Part shown: one piece after another, positions 42,824-57,952 of the stretch
How the letters are laid out: each line of letters opens with the position of its first letter
Numbering within the stretch: position 1 is the stretch's first letter
NCBI RefSeq assembly: GCF_009914755.1
Contig: NC_060928.1
Origin: the human T2T-CHM13v2.0 reference genome, Homo sapiens
Strand: one strand, 5' to 3'
Length of the DNA stretch: 64,000 bases
Program-made: the position numbers and the translations under genes
Notes under the pieces: generated by a model
Told to the model about the DNA's origin: nothing
Database searches by the model: none
The model's input: only the letters and a program-made list of their open reading frames with translations

Positions 42824-43110
42824 GGCTGGGCACAGTGGCTCATGCCTATAATCCCAGCACTTTAGGAGGCTGAGGTGGCAGGATCACTTCAGCCCAGGAC
42901 TTTGAGATCAGCCTGGACAATGGAGCAAGACAGCATCTCTTAAAAAAAAAAATTAGCCAGGCGTGGTATCATGTGCCTACAGTCCCAGCTACCGGGAAGC
43001 TGAGGTGAGTGATTCGCTTGAGCCCAGCAGATTGAGCTGCCGTGATTGTACCACTGCACTCCAGCACTCCAGCCTGGGTGACATAGCAAGACCCTGCCTT
43101 TAAAAAAAAA
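42824..43110 (+). mobile_element. Alu (AluJ-like)
   Basis: Dimer with A tail. Confidence 0.9.
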
Positions 43111-43404
43111 GGACATCTAGCTTTAACTGTGGGAGAACATTACAGAACATTCCCAGGTATGAAAACATATACTAGGTGTGATAAACAAAACTTTTCTAAA
43201 ATAAAGAGATAATTTGTAGAAAAAGACTTCTTAACTAATATAAGGAAATCCACTATGCTCCTCTGGGCTGCTTCTTCCTGAACTCTGAAATCCTCATTAA
43301 ATTATAAAAATTATCTAATCAAAAGCATTACCGGTATTGTAAGGCAACATAGCTTATAATCCAGAAGGACCACTTTATTTGCCCCATTTACATAAAAGTT
43401 GTGA

Positions 43405-43745
43405 CCTGTGGTAGTTCTGGAATACATCCTCGAGAGGTGGAGCTTAATTCCCCTCCCCTGGACTTTGGGCTGTATTTAGTGACCCACTTGTAAATGAATA
43501 CAATGTAGCAGAAATGATGGTGTATAACTATCAAGAGAAAGTAATTTTTAAAAATTGGGGTTTCTGCTTCATTCTCTCTTGGATCACTTGCTCTGCAGGA
43601 AGCCAGCTCCCATGTCATGTAACACTCCAGTAACAGATGGAAAAACTGACTCGGTAAGGAACTGAGGCCTACTGCTAAGGAGCACATGAGAGATTCCTTT
43701 GACAGCCATCCAGCCACAGGCTGGCTGTAGCTACTACTAACATCC
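43405..43745 (+). mobile_element. MLT1F/H-like LTR fragment
   Basis: gaggtggagcttaattcccctcccctggactttgggctg...ggaagccagctcccatgtc...aaggaactgaggcct. Confidence 0.7.
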
Positions 43746-44519
43746 TAGCTGATGTTTGTGCATTCTATCGCAATTGCATTTGTAATAGGATACTTAAAAT
43801 TTAAAAATAAACACTGATCAAAAGTAGCTCAATTCAATACCAAATTAGGTATGCTAAAAGTAAACTGTACGTTTCCACCACGAATATGTTTCAATCAATA
43901 GAAAAATCCCAGTGTTCGCTCTTTCCAGTTCTTAAATTAGTTAACTAAATTGTATTGATGATGAATCAATACCTACTATGAAAGGAAATAATCAGTAATT
44001 ATGCTACTTCAATGTAGTCCCAGCATACAGGAGAAAGATGCATACACCTACACTCTCCCAATACCCTATACCATGAGAGATATTTTGCCATTTTAACATT
44101 TCTCTCAGAGACTTATTAGGTTACTTTCAACTATATAAATACTTGTTATTAAGTCCATACATTCAAATACAAAACTAATATGTGAATTCTGATTTACCAG
44201 AGGCTACACATACAGGTTTTAATTAAATATAGTTACAAAATCCTTAATCTATAGATTTAATATTTATATTAAATAAAAAATTGTATGATGTAATAGAGCA
44301 AAATCCAATCATTTTTATCAAAACGATGAAAAGTTTCAGATTTATCATGTGTATATTAAATAATGCTATAGCACATACTAAAATGATTGTAATAAACACT
44401 TTTTTAAAACAGCATCACATGTACAGATGTAATAAGCACTTTTGGCTTAGATATTTTTAAATATGCTTAGAAAGCTTATCTTTCAATAATTGTGATTGGA
44501 ATATAATTAATTTTTTATA

Positions 44520-45230
44520 TTTATTTAAACAGTTTTACATAGATGTAATAATTGTACATATTTATGGTGTACGCAGTGATGTGATATACATAAGACATAG
44601 TGATCAGATCAGGTAATTAGGACACCCATTATCTAAAACATTTATCATTTACTTGTGTTAGCAACAGTCAAAATCCTCCTCCTAGCTATTTGAAACTGTA
44701 TTACTGCTAACTCTAGTCATCCTACAGTGTTATATAGAACTTTAGAATTTATTCCTCAGTCCAGCTCTTATTTTGTATACTTTAACAAATCTCTCCCTAT
44801 CATCTCTCCCTCCCCACTACCCTTTTGATCCTCGAGTATCCACTGTTCTACTTTTTACTCATATGGAGATTAACCTTTTGGTAGCTTCCACATATGAGTG
44901 AGAACACGCAGTGTTTAACTTTCTGTGCCTGGCTTATTTCACTTAATATAATGTCCTGCAGTTCCATCCATGCTGCCACCAATGACAAGATTCCATGTTT
45001 TTTTATGGCTGAATAGTATTCCATTGTGTATATATGGCACCTTTTCCTTATCCACTTATCTGTTGCTGAACACCACTGATTCCATCTCTTTGCTAGTGTG
45101 AACAGTCCTGCAATAAACATGGTGGGTGCAGATGTCTCTTCAATGTACTGATATCCTTTCGTGTGGATAGATGCCCAGTAGTGGGAACTCTGGATCACAT
45201 GGGAGCACTATTTGTGGTTTCTTGAGGAAG
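44520..45230 (-). mobile_element. L1MA-like 3' fragment
   Basis: ORF 44848..45198 is an L1 ORF2 C-terminal remnant (YTMEYYSAIKK). Confidence 0.85.
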
Positions 45231-48200
45231 AGATATAATTTAATACATTATATTAAATGTATAATATTTATCAAACTTAAGTGTACAATTTGATGAGATT
45301 TGAATATATATATATGTTTCTGTAACCACCACCACAACCAAGATACACTCTAAAAGGTCCCTCATAACCCTCTGCAGCTAATTCCCTTGCCCCAACTCTT
45401 GGCCCCTGGTAACCAATAATCTGCTTTCTGTCATTGTGTAGTTTTGCTTTTTCAGTAATTTCATATAAATAAAACCATGGCCTATGGCTATGATGTATGG
45501 AGCCCGTAATGTTTAATTTCTTTCATTTAGCATAACACTTTTGAAATTCATCCATGTTGTTGCATGTACCAGTAGTCATTTCCCTTTTATTTCTGAGTGG
45601 TATTTCATTTATTCCAGTGAATACAGGTATTGCAATCTGTTTAGCCACTCACAGTTGATGGACATCAGAAATGTTTACAATTTGAGACTGGAATAAAACT
45701 GCTATTAATATTTGCTTAAAAGTAAATGTGAATATGTATGTTTTCATTACTCTTGATAAATGCCTAAGAGTGGAATTAGTATGATATACATTAAGTTCCT
45801 AACCTATACATCCTCATTAACTTTACACATTCTTTGTTGTTGTTTTTGAAAATCAAGTTTGTTGAAGAATAATTTACATAGAGAAAAATTCATTATTTTT
45901 AGGTGTACAATATAATGAGTTTTCTAAACATAGAGGCTTATGTAAGAACAATTATGACATGGAATATTTCCATGATCCCCAAAAGTTCCTTTTATTCTCC
46001 CTTGTATGCAATTCTTCCTCTTTTCCCATAGCTCCTAGCAATCATTGCTCTGTTTTCTGTCCCTAACAGCTATGCTTTTTCCAGAATGTCATATAAATGG
46101 AATCATACAACATGCAGCCTTTTGTTTTGGCTTTGTACACCTAGTATAATATTTTCAAATTCATCTGTGTTGTTGCATGTATTAGTGCTTCACTCCTTTT
46201 TATTACTAAGTACTATATAGATTCCATTGTATGGATTTATCACAGTTTGTCCATTTACCAGTTGATAACCATCTTGGTTATTTCCAATTTTTGTGATGAA
46301 TATGGCTGCTATAAATATTCATGAAGCAGTCATTGCATGAACATATATTTTCATTCCTCTAGGGTAAGAGACCTAGAGTGAGACTCCTAGGATGTATGGG
46401 AAAGTGTATGGTTAATTCTATATGAAAGTGCCAAATTGTTTACAAAGAAGTCGTACCACTTTACTTCCCCATCAACAACATGTGAGGTTCCAGTTGCCTT
46501 GTATACTGCTCTTGGTATTGTTAGATTTTTAAAAAGTTATTCGAATAGGTATGTCATGGGATCACACTGTTGTTTTAATCAGCATTTCTCAGATGACTAA
46601 TGATGTTTGGCATCTTTTCATGTGTTTATTCGGTATCTATATCTATTCTTTGTTGAAGTATCTGTTCAAAACTTACATTTTTTTTTTGTAGCAAGCTTAT
46701 CTTGTTATATAGTATGTTTCCTACATATCCTGGATGTAAGTGCTTTATCACACATAAGTTGAACAAATACTTTAATCCAGTCTGGCGTATATTTTCATTT
46801 TCTTAAGAGTTGGCATTTCAAAGCAAATGTTTTTTATTTTAATGAAATCAATTAAAGATCTAAAGAAATATTTACCTAATTCAAGGTCACAAAGATTTTT
46901 CTCCTATGTGTTCTTTCAAGAAGTTCTACTTTTAGCACTTACGTTTGTCTACACTACGTTTTTTTCTGTTACATTTTGAGTTAATTTATATGTAAAATTA
47001 AGGGGTGAGGTTCTTTTTCTTTTTGGATATGGATAACCAATTGTTCATCATCATTTGTTAAAAAGATCATTTTCCCCCCTGGGCATACCTTGACATCTTT
47101 GTCAAAAATCAAATTGATCATATATGTTTGAGTCTATTTCTGGACTCTGTTACAGTCCATTGGTTTATATGAGTCTATCCTTAAATAACAAGCTATCCTA
47201 ATGAATGTAATTTTATATTAAGTCTTTTGTTTTTTTTTCTCAAAATTGTTTAAACTATTCTGGATATTTACAATTTCACTTAAATTTTAGAATCAGCTTG
47301 TCTATTTCTCTTTTTTCCTTTTTTTAAGTTAAAAAAATAGAGATGGGGTCTCCCTATGTTGCCCAGACTGGTCTTGAACTCCTAGGCTCAAGTGATTCTC
47401 CCACATGGACTTTCCAAAGTGCTGAGATTACAGGTGTGAGCCACCATGCCTGGCCATCTTGCCAATTTCTTTAAAAAAGAAAGAAAGAAAGAAAAAGCCT
47501 GCTCAGATTTTGGATAGAGCTGCTTTGGACCTCAGATCAATTCTGGAGAAAACTGACATCTTAATAATATTGAGTCTTCCAATCCATGAGCGTAGTATAG
47601 TACAATTCTCCATTTTTAAGTTTTAATTCTCCAAAACAGTTTTATAGCTTTCAGTGAGTAGGTCTTATAAATACATTTTCAAATTTATCTATATGTATTT
47701 ATTTTTTGATAGTATTTAAACACTAGTTTTAATTTCAATTTCTGATTGTTCATTGCTAGCATACAGGGATAAAATTGAGTTTTATATACTGACCCAGTAT
47801 GCTATGAACAGCTAAACTCATTTATTAGTTCTAACAGTTGTTGTTGTTGCTGTTTTTTTCCTCATAGATTCCCTGGGACTTTCCACATAAACATTCAAGA
47901 AGGTATGCTAAAATGACTATTTTATTTCTTCCTTTCCAATCAGGATGTCTGCAGTTCCTATTTCTTGAAAGGCCTTTGTATGCATTTGGTGTTCAGGTAA
48001 TGCTGGTCTCATATAATGTTTTTGGCAATTTAACCTCCTTTTCTATTTTTTGCAAGAGTTTGTGTAGAAATGGTATTATTTCTTCATTAAACATTTGATA
48101 GAATTCATCTGAACTACAAGTTTTCTCTGAGGTAAGGTCTTTTACTACAATTCAATTTCCTTTGTAGAACTATTAAGATTAACCATTTCTTCATTAGTGA

Positions 48201-49215
48201 TATTTGATAGCTTGTGCCTTTCAAGAAATCTATTTCATCTAAGTTGTCTAATTTAGTAGCATAAATTTGTTCATAATATTTCTTTATTTTTCTTTTAATA
48301 TCTGTAGTGATGTTCCCTCCCTTATTCTTAATATTTTTAATTTGTGTCTTCTCTTTCTGCATCTTTGCTAGATATTTACTATTAATACATTTATTAATCT
48401 TGTCAAGAGACAGCTTTTCATTACACTGATTTTTTTCTCTATCATTTATTTTTATTATTTTTTTCTTTCTTCAGCTTACTTTGACTACATGTGCTTCTCT
48501 TTTTTCCCACATTCTTCAGATTGAAGCTAAGATCATTGATTTTAGGCAATGATCCTCTCCTCCTCCCCTCCCCCTTACCCTCTCCCTTCTTAAATAAAAT
48601 CATTTAATGCTATAATTCTACATTAGGCACTTCTTTATCTTCATGTTAAACATTTCTATAGGTTGTGCTGTTATTTTCAATTAGTAGAATATTTCTAATA
48701 TCTCTTCTAATTTCATCTTTGGCCCATGTTTTATGTAGAAGCGCATTAATTTCCAAATCTCAAGAGATTTTCCAAAAACCTTTCTGTAACTGATTTCTGG
48801 TTTGTAATTAACCAGAGATCCAAGATCTCAATCTTTCTAAACATTTTGAGACTTATTTTAGGGCTGAATATGGTCAACGTGATAAATGTTCTACGTGTAT
48901 TTAAAATGAATGTATTTTGTGCAATTGACTAAAATGTTTTATACATGTGACACAGATCAAGGTGGTTAATAATGTTCCAGTCTTCAGTATGCTTACTGAT
49001 TTTTTGTCTACCTGTTCTCTAAATTACTGACATAACAGGGAGAGGCTGTCTATATTTCATTCCACTTCTATCCACTTTTGTCTTATGAATTTTGAAGCTC
49101 TATTTTTAGATGTATGTAAATTTAAGATCATCACCTTGATGAACTGGCTCTTTTATCATTATGATATGTCACTTTTTCCTCTGATAATATAATGCTTTGT
49201 GTGGTAATTTGATAA
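45231..49215 (-). mobile_element. Stacked old L1M fragments
   Basis: Antisense L1 3'UTR/ORF2 (ORF 48114..48362, KYYEQIYATKLDNLDE). Confidence 0.75.
47326..47455 (-). mobile_element. Alu monomer (FLAM-like)
   Basis: Single left arm, antisense. Confidence 0.85.
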
Positions 49216-49216
49216 T

Positions 49217-49624
49217 TGTTATGGGTTGACTTATGACTCCTTAAAAGCTATATATTGAAGAGCTACCTCCCAGTACCTCAGAATGTAACAATTTGCAGAG
49301 AGAATATTTTCAAGTTAAAATGAAGTCATCAGGGTGGGCCCAAGTCCAATATGGCTGGTGTCTTTGTAAAAGAGGGAAACCTGGACACAGAGACATACAC
49401 AGGGGGAAAACAATGTGAAGAGACAGAGGGAGAAGAGAGGCATCTAAAAACCAAGGAGACCGGCCTGGAACAGATCCTTCCCTCATAGCCCTCAGAAGGA
49501 ACCAACACTGATGAAAACTTGATTTTGAACTTCTTGCCTCCAAAACTGTGAGACAACACATTTCTGTTGTTTAAGCCACCCAATTTGTGGTACTTTGTTA
49601 TGACAGCCCTAGAAAACTAATATA
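49217..49624 (+). mobile_element. MLT1B-like solo LTR
   Basis: tgttatggg...cccagtacctcagaatgt...ttaagccacccaatttgtggtactttgttatgacagccctagaaaactaata. Confidence 0.87.
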
Positions 49625-49734
49625 GTAATGATATGACTAGCTGGCTGTTTTTATTAAGGTAGTGTTTGCATGGTATACCTTTTTCTGTCCATTTACCTTT
49701 AACGTATAAATGTATTTATATTTAAATGGGGCTT

Positions 49735-50090
49735 CTTGGTTGCCAGAGGCAGAGGAGTGGGGGAAATGGGGAGATGTGGCCAAAGTGTACAAACTTTTCA
49801 TTGTAAGACAAGTAAGTTCTGGGAATCTAATGTTTAATATGAAGATTATAGTTCATAATATTAAATTGCATATTTAAATTGCTAAGAGAGTAGATCTTAA
49901 GTATTCTCACCACAGACACACACACAAAGGTAACTGTGAGGGATGGATATGTTAATTAACTTGAATGCAGTAATCATTTAACAATGTATATATGTATCAA
50001 ATCATCATGAGGTAGACCTTAAATATATGTAATTTATATTTGTGAATTACAACTCAATAAAGCTGGAAAAAAATACCTACTGCAAAAGAA
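49735..50090 (+). mobile_element. L1M 3' end fragment
   Basis: ggttgccagaggc...aaattgctaagagagtagatcttaagtattctcaccac...aataaagctggaaaaaaa. Confidence 0.78.
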
Positions 50091-50399
50091 AAAAAAGGGT
50101 GGGTTTCCTCTAGGTAGCACATAAATGAGTATTGCTTTTTTATGCAATTTGGTTTTTTCTTCCTTTAAATTATATAGTTTAGGCAAATAGTACTTCAAGG
50201 TAGCATATTTTTTATTATATTATTTTATAAATAAGACATTGGTCATAAAACTTGAAAGAAAAAATACATAAATAATTTTACCACAGCATTTTTTATAATA
50301 ATGAAAACATGGAAATAAAGCAAATCTTCAGCAATGAGGGAATTACTCAATTTTGATATATTCATATTTCAGACTATTAGCAACCAATAAAAATTATCA

Positions 50400-51010
50400 T
50401 TTTTTTGTCTTGTATACATCACGAAATAGCTAATTTGAGCAAATTAATATATCCATTACCTCATATATTCATCATTTTTTGTAATCTAGTCTCCACAATT
50501 TTTAAGAAAACAATATGCTGTTACTAACTATAGTCACTATGCTGTAAGATAGATCTCTTCAACTATTCCTCCTAACTAAAATTTTGTATCCTTTGACCAA
50601 CATCTCCCCAGTCACCCCACCCCTAACCTCTACCCTTGGTAACCACGATTCTACTCTCTACTTCTATGAGTCTAACTTTTTTAGATTTCACATATTTAGA
50701 TCATACAGTATTTGCCTTTCTGCGTCTTTCTTATTTCACTTAACAGAATGTCCTCCAGTTCATCCATGTTATTGTAGATAACAAGATTTCCTTCTTTTTA
50801 AAGACTGAGTAGCATTCCATTGCATATATATACAACCAAAATTTCTTTATTCATCAGCTGATGTACACTTACGTTGATTTCTGTATCTTGGCTATTGGGA
50901 GTAATGCTGCAATGCAAACAGGAGTGCAGATATCTCTTTGACATACTGTTTTCATTTCAGTTAGATATATACCCAGTAGTGGGATTGCAGGATCATGTGG
51001 TATTTCTGGT
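50400..51010 (-). mobile_element. L1MA-like 3' fragment
   Basis: Antisense L1 3'UTR. Confidence 0.8.
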
Positions 51011-51300
51011 TATACGTGTGTGTACCATTATGATATATATCGTGTGTGTGTATATTTATACACACATATACCATTATGATATATATTATATATATATGTA
51101 TCTTTGAAAAGAATAGTAATTATATCGATATATATACTATAAATATCTTTCCTAAAAGGTTAGTATTTAAACTTTCCATAAAAGAGATAAAAAGTAAATC
51201 TTACAATATACACTTTTCTTGGGGTAAGGTTAGGCAATCTTTTATTTAATGATTATTTGCTAAGTATATACTCTGCTAGACACCATACCCTATGCTAGGG

Positions 51301-51396
51301 AAAACAGTATATTATAATGCAGTTTAGTCAAAAGAAAACTTAATAACTTAAAACAGTACATTATAATGCAGTTTAGTCAAAAGAAAATACTAATAA
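51301..51396. repeat. 49-bp tandem duplication (2 copies)
   Basis: aaaacagta(t/c)attataatgcagtttagtcaaaagaaaa... starting at 51301 and 51350. Confidence 0.9.
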
Positions 51397-51553
51397 TCAT
51401 TATTTACTATGAAACATAAAACAGAAAGTTATAAATTTCAAAATAAGTGAGAACATTAATACAGATTAATGTTAATAAGAATATTAATACTGGTTAATTA
51501 TTATAACTATTAAGACACTTTACTTTCCCTAAGTTTCTCATATAAAACAGTAC

Positions 51554-51656
51554 CTGGTTTGAGGCAATCCAAAACTTGTTCCAACGCCAACACGAGGTAG
51601 ATAGTTAACCACTTTCTTTACTGTTGCAGGGTCTGGGAAGTTGAACATCACAGCAA
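51554..51656 (-). CDS. LRBA: LRBA coding exon, 103 nt: (V)[33 protein letters not shown](R)
   Basis: Acceptor ctgttgtag, donor CCAG|gtactg, phase 1 to 2. In frame with both neighbouring exons. Confidence 0.97.
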
Positions 51657-52705
51657 CTACAACAGATGATTTTTAAAAATTAGAACACAGTATAACTTCC
51701 TTTCTGGAAAACTGACTCCTTGGTCCAATAAAATATTTACTTTTAATTCAGGTATCTATTAAATACAATTCTTACTATATTCCTTTTATATAGTATATAT
51801 CAAGTTTTAGTATTAATATGCCAGTGATAATATTCATTTCACTTATAAATTCTTTTACCATAGACAGTGCTTTCCTAAATACTATTAGGTGTTATAACAG
51901 TTGATGTTGCATTGATATGACATGAAGTTGAGATTATGAGACATGATAATAATAATGATAATGATAGCTGAGATAATGTGACATGAAGCTGCAACTTTAA
52001 ATTTACAAAAATGAATTTTGGCAAGTCAAAGGTATTTCTAGGAGTTTCCAGAAACAAATATTAAAAATTTAAGTTTATGTAGTTAAACAACTAACACTAA
52101 AAAACAACCAATATAGCTATGAAATAATCAGTTACATTTATTTCCAATCATTAAGTTTTAAAACAGTCTTTTTACAATGTCTATATGTTTATCTTTCATA
52201 TGTTCAAATGAGCAAATGTTCATATAATCCAAAACAATGTGTGATCTGAAGGAACATTTTTCCTCTGCAGTTAAAAATCAAATTTAAATGCTTTCTCATC
52301 CTATTTCAATAATTTCACATACATGAGAATACCAAGAAGTACATGTCAATATGTAAACATATTTAGCAATAAATGTTAATTTATGAGAGTAATCTATAAA
52401 TTTTTACCCATTTAAAGAACATGAAAGTAAAATCATACAATCTTGAGAGAGTTTAGAAGATATTCATTTGGTCAGTCATGGAATTTTAACTTCAATGTCA
52501 GAATCATATGTAAGCTACAAGCGATCATCTAGAAGATGGTCCTTCTTCTCTACCAACCCTTAAAAAAATATTTAAAGCCAAAAAAAAAATATACCAATGT
52601 TCCTATAGTTTTTAAAACACTGGCATTGCCAACATGTTTCAGGTATTCAGGTAAATAAGTAATCGATCATTCACTAAGCACCTATAACATATTTAGTAAT
52701 GTCAT

Positions 52706-53637
52706 AATATATACACACACATAAGAATATATACACACACATAAGAATATATACACACACGAGAATATATATAACATATAATATATTATATATAAGAATA
52801 TATAACATATAATATATATAAGAATATATAATATATTATATATAAGAATATATATTATATATAATATATTATATATAAGAATATATAATATATTATATAT
52901 AATATTATATAAGAATATACAATATATTATATATCATATATAATATATAAGAATATATAATATATAATATATCAGAATATATAATATATTATATATAAGT
53001 ATATAATATATTATATATAAGTATATATTATATATACGAATATATAATATATTATATATACGAATATATAATATATTATATATAAGAATATATAATATAT
53101 TATATATAAGAATATATAATATATTATATATAAGAATATATAATATATTATATATAAGAATATATAAAATATATTACATATAAGAATATAAAATATATTA
53201 CATATAAGAATATAAAATATATTACATATAAGAATATAAAATATATTATATATAAGAATATAAAATATATTACATATAAGAATATATAATATATTATATA
53301 TAAGAATATAAAATATATTATATATAAGAATATATAATATATTATATATAAGAATATATAATATATAAGAATACATAATATATATTATATATAAGAATAC
53401 ATAATATATATTATATATAAGAATATATAATATATTATATAAGAATATATAATATATAATATATAAGAATATATAATATATAAGAATATATAATATATAA
53501 TATTATATATAAGAATATATATTATATATAAGAATATATTATATATTATATATTATATATAAGAATATATAATATATAATAATTATACATAGGAATATAT
53601 TATACATATATATTCTTATCTGTGTGTGTGTATGTAT
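52706..53637. repeat. AT-rich minisatellite, ~24-bp unit TATATAATATATTATATATAAGAA
   Basis: Read directly; gives the 8-aa periodicity of spurious ORF 53011..53376. Confidence 0.95.
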
Positions 53638-54763
53638 CCTTTAGATAAGCCTCCTTTACATATCCACTATTATACTGAATTCAGGGGGAAAAAATAAACA
53701 GAAGAAAAAAATCATCATAGGTTATGGCAGATGGTCAAGGCCACGAGGCAAAGGCAACAGAAAAACACACATATAAAAACAAGCATGCATAAGAAATTTC
53801 AAAGAAAGAAAATGAATGAGGATGAGCAAGTAATAAATATTCTAAGATTGAAGCTCCTTTGGGACAGCAAGGATGCGGACTGAAATAAAGTGTGAAACAT
53901 TCTCTTGATTATTTGCCTAGAAGAATAATGTTTAGATTAGAAGAAGAGGTATGTGCCAGGAGGAGATCAAACAGGAAGGGAAAAATCTTTTCCTAAAGAA
54001 ATTTGTATTCCCTAAAGACAGATAATTTCATAAAGGAAAAACAAGATGTGTGTGTGGAATATAGGCAGTTATGTGTACCTTTAAAAATAAGAAACCATCA
54101 ACCCATGTATATATAATACAAGGAATATGTACAATAAATCAGTAGGTTTTACATATATTCCATTGTACACCTCCACCCATACCAAATGATGCTTTTCCTT
54201 CAAGTTCAACTTGTCTCCCCTTCTTTTCTTAATGGATTTCACCAAGTTCCATCGTAAAACTGCAAATTAAATTTTAGTTCAACTTTCAAGAATGATGAAA
54301 TACAGAGCAAACAGGACAGTTCAGTATCATTTTCTCATGGTTCCTTTATAAAAGCAATATATCACATATATCACACAAAAGATTAAATAGACATATGAAT
54401 CGTTATTGTCCTCTCCTCTCCCCAAATGCAGCCACCTTCCAGAAGGAATTAAGTATCAAAGCAATGCTCAGGACATCAAAACTCCTCTTCAAGCTGATTA
54501 AATGGTTATGTATTCCTTATGTTTATAAAGCCTTATATCAATTTGTGATATGGCAAAAAAAAGAAAAGAATTACAAATGATTCTATTAATAATCAAGGTG
54601 GGAAAAAACCATGAAGAAGCATTTGGTACAAAAAAAGAGGTCACTAGAACAGAAGGTGGGCTACAAATAACTATCTAAATTGAAGCAATATGGTATGTTC
54701 AAAAATGAAATCTTAAAGAGATGGAAGTTAGCTCTGTAACAACGTATTTCTGTAACACATTAC

Positions 54764-54881
54764 CTCTGTTTGCCATAAAGATCTCCAGGGCTGTATTTTG
54801 CAAAAGATAACGACGAGAAAAGATTGATCGTATCTCTGTGAACAGCCATTTTCCATGCAGCCCTTCTGTATATGCCAAGAT
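54764..54881 (-). CDS. LRBA: LRBA coding exon, 118 nt (PH domain): [39 protein letters not shown]+G
   Basis: Acceptor tttcctcattag, donor AGAG|gtaatg, phase 0 to 1. The translation matches the recalled LRBA PH domain and joins the next exon in frame. Confidence 0.97.
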
Positions 54882-56319
54882 CTAATGAGGAAAAAAATAA
54901 TCCCAGGTAAGTAACAATACTTGTTTTTTGTTGTTGTTTCTTTCCCCAATTAAAATAGAAAAGACCCTATTAAGAAAAATAATTTTTAAGAAAAAGGATT
55001 TAATAGTTACAGACATAATTTGGAGATGAAGAAAATAAATTGTAATTTATAGAAAAGAAGCTTAAATTAAAAAGCAAAGTAAAATTATAAAACATTTAAG
55101 TATATATTCGGGCTTTTAAAAACAATGATATAATCTACTGCTTCTGAAGAAATACATATTGCATCATTTACTGATTGATTTTTAAACCACATTATGAAAA
55201 GTAAAACTTCAGATAAAATCTTAAAAACAAAAAGCCCTCAAAAGAATGTCATATATGCTTATAAATCACATACACAATTCAGTTTCACATGATTATAATT
55301 TGCCCAATAATGCTTTTACATACATTATAATACAAATATATTAAGTTCATAACTTTAAAAAATGACACTTTTAAGGTCACTGTTAAGGCAACAGTCACTC
55401 ATTCAGAAAGCACAAACACTGACTATATAAGAGGTTAAGTATCATTTTGTCAGCTAAAGCTAAACACAAACCTGCAAATGAACTTAGCATAATCTCCCTA
55501 TGGGGTAGGTGGTTGTCAGAGTAACTTGTTACAATTCTTGTCATCCCAGGTGACAGACAGAGTTGCTTAAAATGCTTTGCCAATTCAAAGTAATCCTGTC
55601 TTTAGTCCTAACCCACTTTGTTGCTTTGATTCAAGTTTTGTTTTTCAAAACGTTCATTTCAAAAGCTTAATTGTGAAAGCGTTAAGGGAAAACCAGACTC
55701 AGCATTTCTCTACACCAGTACTATACATAATACATAAGAAAATGAGATGCACTTGCTATCAAAACCTGATATTCTATGACAGCAAATTAAGTTTAAAAAA
55801 TTAAGAAATATATCTCAAAAGTAACCACTATTAAAAATTACAAATGAAACATTTGATTATGATACTACATTGTAGGAATAAAGATGGGATGAGCAAAGAG
55901 GTAAAATAACGAGTAGTAAAAATTTATCCTTCTCAAACTGTTTTGTCTTTACTCATTTTTATTTTCAAAATCCTAATGGCAAATAAATCTACATTCTCCA
56001 GTGCAGAATGTAGTTTTTTTGAAAAAAAAAAAAAAGAGTAACAAACCTTATTTAAGTCAGTAAGTATGTATTTCAGTCTTTCTACAAAAATGATTCTATT
56101 TCTGACACCACAGAATCTAGAAATAGAATGGGTATAACTCTAAGGGAGAGTGTTTCTTGAAAATACAAAACAAAAAGTTCAAAAGACAAGATAATCATGC
56201 GTGCAGTTTTGAAATGGATGAGAGAGAAATCCTACTAATTCAGTAATATAATCAACGCCTATGTAAAATAAAGGTAAATGAACAGGAAACGAGAGGACAA
56301 AAATATGAACATTACTCTC

Positions 56320-57300
<981 letters not shown>

Positions 57301-57666
57301 GGCAACCTTCAGTCCATATTTGATCCGCATGATATTTTAACAAAATTTCACATGGTTGAAAATAGTTGAGAAAACAGATATTCGCAAAAATATTCGGATT
57401 TCTGTCTTCTCAAGAAAAACTAGGGTATCCAGCAAACCTGGATCTGTATGCCACATGGTAACAATTGGCATGCACTCTCCATTTTGGTACCATTTTCACT
57501 TCATTTATTATTATTCACTAATGTGATGTGAGCATTCACTCATTTACTATTATCCACCTAGTTTCCATTGGTACTTGAGTTTGCTACCCTGGATTTACCA
57601 AATATTAGAGAATCCAATATATGTTCTGCAACATTTATAGTCCAATGTATCCATAAGAAAAACAAG

Positions 57667-57952
57667 AGCCAGGGCCAGTAGCTTACACTGGTAATTGCTG
57701 AGCTTTGGGAGGCCAAGATGGGAGGACTGCTTGATGCCAGGCAACATAGCAAGACCTCATCTCTACAAAAAATTAAATAATTAGTTGGGCGTGGTAGCAT
57801 GCACCTATAGCCCTAGCTACTCATGAAGCTGAGATGGGAACATCACTCAAGCCCAGGAATTTGATGGCACAGTAAGCTATGATTGCGCCACTGCACTCCA
57901 GCCTGGGCAACAATACAACATCCTGTCTCTAAAAAAAGAAAAAAAAGAAAAA
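57667..57952 (+). mobile_element. Alu (AluJ-like, internal deletion)
   Basis: Dimer with A tail. Confidence 0.88.

Noticed and set aside
53011-53376. 121-aa Y/I-rich periodic ORF
   Set aside because: Translation of the AT minisatellite.
51301-53637. Tandem repeats as a CRISPR-like array
   Set aside because: No unique spacers, no cas genes, eukaryotic intron context.
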